In this document: piece after piece, positions 1 through 6,461 of the stretch | How positions within the stretch are numbered: position 1 is the first letter of the stretch | Layout: every line of letters begins with the position of its first letter | Virus genome (UHGV): UHGV-1950618 | Length of the DNA stretch: 15,356 bases | Source: a virus | Reading direction: 5' to 3' (one strand) | Position numbers and translations under genes: made by a program | The notes under the pieces: generated by a model | The model's input: the letters and a program-made list of their open reading frames with translations, nothing else | Database searches by the model: none | Told to the model about the DNA's origin: nothing

Positions 1-264
1 CGTCCGGTCCCCACGGGTAGGGAGCCAAAAGAAGGTGAGTACGTTGTCTCTTTGCCAGTGCTACCAGCAATGAAGGCTGCACTCCACAACGCGATGATAG
101 AAACCGGCACACGCAAAGCAGAGTTGGCGCGCAAACTCGGAAAAAATGGAACACAGATTGATCGGCTTCTCGACGTCGAACATTCATCGAAAGTTGAAAC
201 TGTCGAGCTGGCACTGCATCAACTGAATAAAAATATCGCCGTATCTGTCACACCAATGCGGTGA
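1..264 (+). CDS. hicB: HicB-family antitoxin, C-terminal portion; the frame is open from nt 1 so the gene starts upstream of the window
   Basis: Frame 1 is open from nt 1 to the TGA at 262-264. The C-terminal sequence ELARKLGKNGTQIDRLLDVEHSSKVETVELALHQLNKNIAVSV closely parallels, from memory, the DNA-binding tail of E. coli HicB (ELARRIGKPKQEITRLFNLHHATKIDAVQLAAKALGKELSLV). The track start at 52 is an internal Met. Confidence 0.75.
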   Translation, partial: RPVPTGREPKEGEYVVSLPVLPAMKAALHNAMIETGTRKAELARKLGKNGTQIDRLLDVEHSSKVETVELALHQLNKNIAVSVTPMR

Positions 265-269
265 CTGCT

Positions 270-290
270 CCCCGCCCTGGCTGGGCGAGG
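270..290 (+). terminator. weak candidate terminator hairpin after hicB
   Basis: Imperfect GC-rich inverted repeat CCCCGCCC-tggct-GGGCGAGG starting 6 nt after the hicB stop, followed by ATTTACGGGGTATTTGTT (only a partial T tract). Confidence 0.3.
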
Positions 291-342
291 ATTTACGGGG
301 TATTTGTTAAAAACGCTCTATTCAAAGAAGAAATACCGAATC

Positions 343-361
343 CCCCGGAGGTTATCCGGGG
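343..361 (-). terminator. candidate intrinsic terminator for the 461-aa minus-strand gene
   Basis: Perfect 7-bp stem CCCCGGA/TCCGGGG with 5-nt loop, 16 nt downstream of the stop at 377-379; on the minus strand it is followed by AUUCGGUAUUUCUUCUUU. Confidence 0.5.
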
Positions 362-376
362 TGTCCGGTCGCCAGG

Positions 377-1762
377 TCAGGTTTCCAGCCCAAAATCGCT
401 TTGTTCTGTTTTGGCTTCGAACATCGTGAAGTTAAGCCCTTTCCCCTCTCCATGTTCCAGTTCAATCTCATTAGAAACAGCGGTCAAAATACTACGTAGA
501 TCGACATCTCCACCGCCGAACATATCGCCCAACGCCTGCTGTTTATGAATCAGTTCGTCGTTGATTTTTTGTGCCATTTTTTTGAATGCAGCCCCCATGC
601 GCTTCGCGCTTCGATTATTTGCCACGATGAATAGCGCCAACGCCTCGGCTTCCGGCGGGCTATCACCGAAGAGTCCGCGCTGGGCTATCACCTCTTCCAC
701 TGCCTGACCGTTGTCTTTGGCTTCACGAACAAGGTTAATCGCGTCCTGGAGTGCTGCTATAGCCTGTTTATCCAGACCGTTCACCTGCTCTATACCATCA
801 ACCAGACCAGTTACAGCATCATGATGTGCATCGCCAGAAATCGACTGCATTTGCGCAAAGTCACTGGCTGCTGTATTAAGCGCGGTCAGGATATTGCGCA
901 TTTCCGGATCCGGTTCTTCCGCCACAAGCCGAACAAGTCGCTCATCCTTATAGGCTTTGGCAAAAATCGCATTCTGAATGCGATCGATAAGCTGTTTCGT
1001 TGGACGTCCATCGGCTGTAAGCAAACCTGCCGTCGCGGTATCGCCTATTTCGTGCAAAAACGCACGAATAAACGCATCATTGGACCGCGCCAGTAGATTT
1101 CCATCATCTGAAGGATTAAATAGCGCCATGACGCTCTCAGTGAGAAATTGCGCATCCGCATACGCTTTCTCACTTGCAGCCATCTCTTGCAGATCGCTGA
1201 TGTTTGAGTCGCGTGCAAATTGAGCACGATCAACGTCAGTGAGGCGCTCGCGAACCAGTACAGGCATCACCATTGCCCTGACGTCTTCGGGATTAAGGCC
1301 AAACTCTTTAGCGTGATCGATAAGATATTGTCGGTAATCTTCAGCCTGTCCTTGTTCATAAGCACGCCAGATTCCCATGCTTCGACCATTACCAGACTCA
1401 ACGACATTATCCGGACCAACAATCGGGGAACCATGACTACTCATACCCGAATCAGTGAGCTGTGCCGGGCGTAAATTGGCGGCGATACGGTTAACCTGGA
1501 GCTTACTTGACAGTCGGGTGCGATCGCGAGGCTGGAGTTCCTCCGGAAATGACGGATTTATACTTCCGTCCAGGTTGTTAGAAATGATGAGCTTTTTGGC
1601 ATCAATAACCTTGAACGCTGTTTTAACTTCGTCGCCTTTGCTGGTGACGACATAGCTGCTACGCCCCAACTTCGTCTCTTGCTTTTCAAGAGATGACACC
1701 ACAGCGATAACCCCCTCAATGTTCGCTGCGGCCAGAAGTGCTGATGTTACGTTTTGAGTCAC
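377..1762 (-). CDS. hypothetical 461-aa protein with a ParB/Srx-like N-terminal motif and a long helical C-terminal region
   Basis: Long ORF with a GTG start preceded by AAAGGTGG (Shine-Dalgarno-like) 6 nt upstream. Residues ~60-135 read INPSFPEELQPRDR ... GSPIVGPDNVVESGNGRSMGIWRA, which matches the ParB N-terminal pattern (QPR box, then a GxxR..A arginine motif). No Walker A motif. The gene has its own terminator and is separated from the upstream operon by a terminator. Confidence 0.6.
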   Translation of the reverse strand: MTQNVTSALLAAANIEGVIAVVSSLEKQETKLGRSSYVVTSKGDEVKTAFKVIDAKKLIISNNLDGSINPSFPEELQPRDRTRLSSKLQVNRIAANLRPAQLTDSGMSSHGSPIVGPDNVVESGNGRSMGIWRAYEQGQAEDYRQYLIDHAKEFGLNPEDVRAMVMPVLVRERLTDVDRAQFARDSNISDLQEMAASEKAYADAQFLTESVMALFNPSDDGNLLARSNDAFIRAFLHEIGDTATAGLLTADGRPTKQLIDRIQNAIFAKAYKDERLVRLVAEEPDPEMRNILTALNTAASDFAQMQSISGDAHHDAVTGLVDGIEQVNGLDKQAIAALQDAINLVREAKDNGQAVEEVIAQRGLFGDSPPEAEALALFIVANNRSAKRMGAAFKKMAQKINDELIHKQQALGDMFGGGDVDLRSILTAVSNEIELEHGEGKGLNFTMFEAKTEQSDFGLET

Positions 1763-1831
1763 AATTAACCACCTTTCTGTAAAAAAGGCAGTGTAAAAAG
1801 TGTGTTATTTCGGTGACTATTTTAAGAAGAA

Positions 1832-1848
1832 AGGGGCATTCTGCCCCT
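1832..1848 (-). terminator. intrinsic terminator closing the accessory operon
   Basis: Perfect 7-bp stem AGGGGCA/TGCCCCT with 3-nt loop, 5 nt after the stop at 1854-1856; on the minus strand followed by UUCUUCUUAAAAU. Confidence 0.6.
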
Positions 1849-1853
1849 CTCTT

Positions 1854-2225
1854 TTACGCTGCATACCCGTTAGCTGAAACCCAGTTTACGGTCTGTTCTT
1901 TGGCCTGGTCGAGTGTCAAAAATTCACCAATATATTGAGATATGCCTCTCAAAGCATCGATGAACTCCATTTGTGATGATTTAGTAAATGCACCACTAAG
2001 GAAGTCAGCAACAATTTTAGGCGTTTCTTGTGCCGCCGGTTGCACTTCCTCTTCTTGCTGTTGTGCTGGATTATTCGATGAACCAAGCCCCAGCTTCATC
2101 ATCACTTCAACTATCCGCACGCCAATAGTGACACGTTGTACCGCAGTCGCGCTTTTTTGCGCTGACATCAGCTCAGACAGTTCTTTGCCTAAGCTAAGGC
2201 GCTCCGTTACTGATATTTTCACCAC
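1854..2225 (-). CDS. 123-aa protein of unknown function, last gene of the accessory operon (DdrA-like by position only)
   Basis: GTGGTGA overlap with the stop of the 650-aa gene (translational coupling); a G-rich Shine-Dalgarno-like AAGGGGG lies just upstream. No recognisable motif; Gln/Glu-rich central linker. Confidence 0.55.
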   Translation of the reverse strand: MVKISVTERLSLGKELSELMSAQKSATAVQRVTIGVRIVEVMMKLGLGSSNNPAQQQEEEVQPAAQETPKIVADFLSGAFTKSSQMEFIDALRGISQYIGEFLTLDQAKEQTVNWVSANGYAA

Positions 2226-4171
2226 ACGCCCCCTTGTTGTATCTCTGCCAGAATGTTGATCAGGTGATCGGCTGCCGCACCAACAAGTGACTCGTTCTCA
2301 TCATATCGACCTGCGTTGATAAGAACATTAGCTGCCTCCTGAATGCGATCAAACTCCGCTCTAATCACCGTCAAATCACGGGACGTAAACTGCAACGGCA
2401 CGGATTTCAGATATTCCAGCGCACTGTCCGCCTCCTGATCAGCCTCACTAACTACTGGCCCATCTGAACCTGTATCAGACTCTTGGGGGGATTCAGGTTC
2501 AGACTCAGGTTCTGGTTCTTGTACTGCTTCCGGTGCCTGATCTAATGTCTGTTCAGCTTCGACTACTTCTGATTGATTCTGAAGCGCGTCATAGATATCC
2601 ATTATAAAAAGGTTCTCCCCATCTCCAAGTGGATAAGCGACGTTAGGAAATGCTTTGCGGAAGAGGATTTTTATCTGCGCCTTAAAGGTTTTCAAGTCGC
2701 TTCTAAACAGATCAACATAGCCATCAATATGGTTCGACATACTGGACGCAACCAATTCGCCTGCAATCTCTTTCAATTCATCGTCACCAGGGAGATATAG
2801 CAACTCGTACTGACTGACTTCTTCGTCTGTCAGTTTGCGGTCATACGTAATGATTCCGTGACGAGCATATTCGTAATACGGATCAGCCTGATCAGGACGG
2901 TCAAGTACAGCTTTATTTCCTTCAGGAACCGCACCAACACCCGCCGGGCGAGATTGGAGCGCATAGCGATATTTACCAACCTCCAGGGGATCAGGATGTG
3001 ATGCTGGTTGTGGCTCCTGTTCAGGCTGCGGCTGATCAGTTGGCTCAGGCTGGCCCGGCAACACATCCACTTTGTATTGATCAGCATTATGTTCACGATA
3101 GGCTTTAAGTAATTTGGTTGCAGCGTCCGCTGAACTCCCACCTTTAACAGCACTGACATCAATACTGAAATTGCCTTCTGGTGCCTCAATCGTGACAAAG
3201 CTATCACTGCCTGACGTGACATACTTAACTACAGCACCATTATCCAGCGTTGTTTGGCCTTCTGTAGCAAGATTATGTTTTATGTGTCGCAGTTGATCAT
3301 TGAAGGCACGCTCTTTAGTTCCTTGGCTCTTAGCTGACAATAAATTATCGCGTTTAGCCTGCAATTCCGCGTTAAGGGCTTTTTGTGCGTCTAATTTATT
3401 CTGCATATCATTGAGTGTTGAGCGTTTCTCTGCCAGCCCCCGCTGTGCGTCTTCAACCTGCTCAATCAGCACAGAACGTTCTTCTGCCAGCTTGTCGGCT
3501 TCATTGAGATACCCCTCAATATCAGCCTTCATTTTGTCCTGGCGCTCCTTTGCTTTTTTGAATTTTGCACTGTTACGCTCAATGAGGTTAGAAAGCGCCT
3601 GACACACCTGGCTCAGAGATACATCACGCCCACCGATTGGCGCAACAACATGCGTAACGTTTCTTTTGTTAAGAAGAAACTGAAACGCAACCAGCTCGTC
3701 ATCCCCTTTAATTCTTGTGCCGTCTGCGGTTGGAGAATGGAAAATTATGCTTGTCGTTTGTCCATCGGTTAGAGGTATTTGTGCTGTTACAACAGGGATA
3801 TTAGCAACCCGGCGCACGCGCCCAATGATTGCCCCACCGATACTATTACGTCCGTCTTCATATTCACCTGCCTCATCCGTACCCGCAGCAATGTCAGTGC
3901 CATTCAGGCCGCGATTAAGCGCCCGGACAAATGCTCGCATTGTTTGCGCTAACCGCAATTTTGTTGTGGTTATGGCTTCGAACATTGCCTCATTGGTAGT
4001 TACCAAAATTTCGTTGCCCATATAGGCCAGCTCGATATCTTCCAGCGTCGCAGGCTCGATAAGTAAATCATCCTCGGTGATATCTTCCGCCACCCAACGA
4101 TTAGGCGTATATCCAGTGAGCGTATCTGCAAAAGTGGACTGGATATTTATTCGAATAGGTTTCTTTATCAT
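2219..4171 (-). CDS. 650-aa coiled-coil protein with two acidic Pro/Glu-rich linkers; candidate virion-packaged antirestriction protein (DarA-like by size, position and paralogy)
   Basis: ATG start in an ATGA overlap with the upstream stop, GGAGG 7 nt upstream. Heptad-like charged region at aa ~200-290; linkers PEPTDQPQPEQEPQPASHPDP (2987-3055) and PEAVQEPEPESEPESPQESDTGSD (2432-2536). Residues ~110-215 are paralogous to the N-terminal half of the 205-aa protein encoded immediately upstream. Confidence 0.5.
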   Translation of the reverse strand: MIKKPIRINIQSTFADTLTGYTPNRWVAEDITEDDLLIEPATLEDIELAYMGNEILVTTNEAMFEAITTTKLRLAQTMRAFVRALNRGLNGTDIAAGTDEAGEYEDGRNSIGGAIIGRVRRVANIPVVTAQIPLTDGQTTSIIFHSPTADGTRIKGDDELVAFQFLLNKRNVTHVVAPIGGRDVSLSQVCQALSNLIERNSAKFKKAKERQDKMKADIEGYLNEADKLAEERSVLIEQVEDAQRGLAEKRSTLNDMQNKLDAQKALNAELQAKRDNLLSAKSQGTKERAFNDQLRHIKHNLATEGQTTLDNGAVVKYVTSGSDSFVTIEAPEGNFSIDVSAVKGGSSADAATKLLKAYREHNADQYKVDVLPGQPEPTDQPQPEQEPQPASHPDPLEVGKYRYALQSRPAGVGAVPEGNKAVLDRPDQADPYYEYARHGIITYDRKLTDEEVSQYELLYLPGDDELKEIAGELVASSMSNHIDGYVDLFRSDLKTFKAQIKILFRKAFPNVAYPLGDGENLFIMDIYDALQNQSEVVEAEQTLDQAPEAVQEPEPESEPESPQESDTGSDGPVVSEADQEADSALEYLKSVPLQFTSRDLTVIRAEFDRIQEAANVLINAGRYDENESLVGAAADHLINILAEIQQGGVW

Positions 4172-4785
4172 GCATCTTCCTCCAGGCGCGCTATTTCTTC
4201 TTTCAATACGCGAGTTTTCGCCAGTTCCTGCGCCATCTCGGTTCTAATGATTTCAGTTTCTCTTGTTGCGCGGTCTGAATTACCTTGCACCTGATTTAAT
4301 TTTTCTTTGGCCCTTTCAATATCCTCGCGGATCGCATCGCGAGATTCCTTTGCCTCTGCTAGTTTCTGCGCATTGGACTTAACGCCTTTTATTTTCTTAT
4401 TCCCATCATCAATATCTTTCGCCGCACGAGCTAACTTACGCGCCAATGATTTCTGAAATGATGATGCGCCTTTATTAAATAAAGCAGCCAGTGATTGCCC
4501 TAAAGCCATCAGCGTTTTAACTGGCTTGAAAGGAACAATTTTTCCGTTCAGTTTTACACCAGAAATATCACCAGTATCATTAACCTGAACGTCCATCGTC
4601 TGCTCATCGATTCCGATAAGGGTAAACGTGCGCGTCATGATCCCGTCTTTCTTCCTGCCATTACTGGCGGGGATCACCCTCGCTATCTTGTAGCCTCCTT
4701 TACCGATTTCTTTGACGAGTTTTGCCAGCCCCTTTTCGTTTAACTCATCATAATTAAGAAGAACATAATTAGACTTATTTGACAT
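4168..4785 (-). CDS. 205-aa protein paralogous to a segment of the 650-aa protein (Hdf-like); start re-assigned to the internal ATG
   Basis: The track starts at a TTG (4809), but an ATG at 4785-4783 is preceded by a perfect AAGGAG 6 nt upstream. GKGGYKIARVIPASNG and SLAALFNKGASSFQKSLARKLARAAKD parallel SIGGAIIGRVRRVANI and VCQALSNLIERNSAKFKKAKERQDKMK in the 650-aa protein. C-terminal coiled coil. Confidence 0.5.
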   Translation of the reverse strand: MSNKSNYVLLNYDELNEKGLAKLVKEIGKGGYKIARVIPASNGRKKDGIMTRTFTLIGIDEQTMDVQVNDTGDISGVKLNGKIVPFKPVKTLMALGQSLAALFNKGASSFQKSLARKLARAAKDIDDGNKKIKGVKSNAQKLAEAKESRDAIREDIERAKEKLNQVQGNSDRATRETEIIRTEMAQELAKTRVLKEEIARLEEDA

Positions 4786-5221
4786 TCCAGTCTCCTTCAC
4801 ACTTTTCAATCATAAACTGACGTTCTATGCAGTCATTGATAGGGAAAATGCGATAAAGCGGATTCAGGCGGCAATTACCGTTAGTCAATGTGACCTTTAG
4901 ATCCCACTTCGCTGGCTCAAGATATTTCGTGTCGATGAGCAAATATTCTTCTCTCTCACCGCGTTTTGACGCGTCAACTGGTCTGGTTTTCCCCGAAATA
5001 ACCACAGATGGATTTTTCAAGTCCTGCAACCAATATTCGATTTGTGCATTGCTTACCCAGCTTCGTTTAACGCGAAGCGACACAGGAAACGCTATAGCAG
5101 ACTCTTTCACTACAGCTTCGCCAATGCTCAAAATATCAACACTCTTGCGACGAAATAAGAAACGGTCAATAACGGCAACAAATGCCATGATAAAAATGAA
5201 ATAATTTCCAAAGTCACCCAT
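4775..5221 (-). CDS. 148-aa protein with one N-terminal transmembrane helix; candidate holin regulator (antiholin/LydB-like by position)
   Basis: TAATG stop/start overlap with the upstream holin-like gene. Hydrophobic segment NYFIFIMAFVAVIDRFLF at aa 6-23 followed by a Cys-containing soluble domain; no lysozyme or coiled-coil spanin signature. Confidence 0.45.
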   Translation of the reverse strand: MGDFGNYFIFIMAFVAVIDRFLFRRKSVDILSIGEAVVKESAIAFPVSLRVKRSWVSNAQIEYWLQDLKNPSVVISGKTRPVDASKRGEREEYLLIDTKYLEPAKWDLKVTLTNGNCRLNPLYRIFPINDCIERQFMIEKCEGDWNVK

Positions 5222-5547
5222 TACTTCTCTCCACCTTTTCCCCCACTCGCTATTACGCTTAAGAGATTCAAGACGTTACTAGCTCTGGACTTCAAGCCCT
5301 GTAAAATTTCACTTCCGTTGTTACTGGCAATCAGAACAACGCAGTAAATGATGCCTTCCGGCCATTCATAGCTATCAGCCACCCAAAACCCCGCAAGCCC
5401 GGCAGTTACCGCAGTAAACAATTCACTCGCGAGGTTGAGCAGTGACGCAGAAATGCGCCCGTCTCTAACTCCGAGAAGGAATACGCCGGTTCCACTCAGC
5501 AGGGATGTTATGACTGCTACAGCCAGATTTTCATAATCTGCAAACAT
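5221..5547 (-). CDS. 108-aa three-TM membrane protein, class I holin-like (LydA-like by position)
   Basis: Three hydrophobic helices (aa ~8-27, 36-57, 65-85) and a charged C-terminal tail ending KGGEK; ATG preceded by GGAGGGG. First gene after a ~460-bp spacer. Confidence 0.5.
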   Translation of the reverse strand: MFADYENLAVAVITSLLSGTGVFLLGVRDGRISASLLNLASELFTAVTAGLAGFWVADSYEWPEGIIYCVVLIASNNGSEILQGLKSRASNVLNLLSVIASGGKGGEK

Positions 5548-5859
5548 ACCCCTCCAGAAATGACGTTTAACGCGGCTTCAACTTATCCAGTTTGTTATTT
5601 CCCGACTAAATGCCATTCACACAAAATGGATGCATATGATGGCCCGGTGGTCCGTAAACCTCGTCACTCAGAGCGTGGAGGATGCCAAATTCGCGTATCA
5701 ACAAAATGGTCCAAACACGGCTTTAAAGAGAAATACGCTTGAATGCGCAAGATGTGAGCTGATTCTTGAGGACAAAATGATGACATGTGAGTCTTCACAA
5801 GCGTCATTCAGTGAATATAATGCCCCCCTCTCAGATACCACTAACTGAGTGTTCATTTT

Positions 5860-5893
5860 GCCCGCCGTCATTGACTGGACGGCGGCTTTTTTG
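5860..5893 (+). terminator. plus-strand intrinsic terminator with no convincing plus-strand gene upstream
   Basis: 8-bp GC stem CCGCCGTC/GACGGCGG (5862-5869 with 5878-5885), 8-nt loop, then C plus TTTTTT (5887-5892). Confidence 0.7.
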
Positions 5894-5942
5894 TACCAAA
5901 GGATTGTATTACTAAAAAAGGTCACAAAAGCACTCACTAATA

Positions 5943-5965
5943 AAGCCCTCAACAAAAGAGGGCTT
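5943..5965 (-). terminator. candidate terminator downstream of the tail-fibre assembly gene
   Basis: 8-bp stem AAGCCCTC/GAGGGCTT with 7-nt loop, 43 nt after the tfa stop; on the minus strand followed by UAUUAGUGAGUGCUUUUGUGACCUUUUUU (interrupted U tract). Confidence 0.5.
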
Positions 5966-6007
5966 GAAATATCAAAAAAGCAGTGCTGATTGGATTGTTA
6001 TGATTGT

Positions 6008-6430
6008 TTATGCAGGCATCTCAGGCCATGAGATATCTGCATCAACAGAAGTGTCAACTCTATTAAGAAGAACTCTATACCTCTTTAACTTTGTCAACAT
6101 TTCTATTTCCTCATCAGTGGCAATATCCATATCAACAGCATCCTGAAGCGTTGATATTTTTATGCTCACATCATTCATAAGACTACTTTTGGTGTTTTCA
6201 GCAATGCTGACTCTATCCTCTAAGCTCATAGGTTGTGGGTCAGATAACATTGGATAACCATCGCCATTTGCAATTATTATTTTCCCATTGCCATACCCTG
6301 ATAACAATTCATCATATAAGTCATCAGGTATATGTACAGCATCGGACGGCCATGAACCGTTTTTATCGTAATCTTCTTTTAGTCTATCGTCGTAGAAACC
6401 ACCAGTATCTTTGCTGTAATACTTTGCCAT
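6008..6430 (-). CDS. tfa: tail fibre assembly chaperone (Tfa / P2 gpG / P1 U family)
   Basis: C-terminus KLKRYRVLLNRVDTSVDADISWPEMPA matches the conserved Tfa C-terminal signature (KYRVLLNRVDTS...WP). Lies directly downstream of the tail fibre gene; AT-rich. Confidence 0.85.
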   Translation of the reverse strand: MAKYYSKDTGGFYDDRLKEDYDKNGSWPSDAVHIPDDLYDELLSGYGNGKIIIANGDGYPMLSDPQPMSLEDRVSIAENTKSSLMNDVSIKISTLQDAVDMDIATDEEIEMLTKLKRYRVLLNRVDTSVDADISWPEMPA

Positions 6431-6461
6431 TTAAAAGCCTTCATTCTAATTAACTATATTT

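Noticed and set aside
261-1655. Plus-strand ORFs overlapping the 461-aa gene (261-548, 821-1096, 978-1223, 1220-1474, 1455-1655)
   Set aside because: All lie antisense within a long, well-supported minus-strand gene; low-complexity translations typical of shadow ORFs.
1942-4025. Plus-strand and alternative-frame ORFs within the 650-aa and 123-aa genes (1942-2259, 2573-2800, 2830-3222, 3114-3296, 3300-3602, 3717-4025)
   Set aside because: Nested in or antisense to the 650-aa gene, which has coupling signals and internal paralogy supporting its frame.
4775-5221. 148-aa TM-anchored protein as a signal-anchor-release endolysin or Rz-type spanin
   Set aside because: The N-terminal helix is strongly hydrophobic rather than Gly/Ala-rich, no lysozyme catalytic motif is visible, and the soluble part is not coiled-coil.
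5560-5848. Small plus-strand ORFs (60 aa and 72 aa) upstream of the plus-strand terminator
   Set aside because: No Shine-Dalgarno sequence before either start and no recognisable protein features; retained only as a possible small gene or RNA under the spacer finding.
5930-5944. Sequence CACTCACTAATAAAG, vaguely reminiscent of a phage late-promoter element
   Set aside because: I cannot recall the P1 late-promoter consensus reliably, and the motif overlaps the tfa terminator; not called.
5698-5955. 85-aa minus-strand ORF in the spacer
   Set aside because: It spans both terminator hairpins, would start within the tfa terminator, and has no ribosome-binding site.
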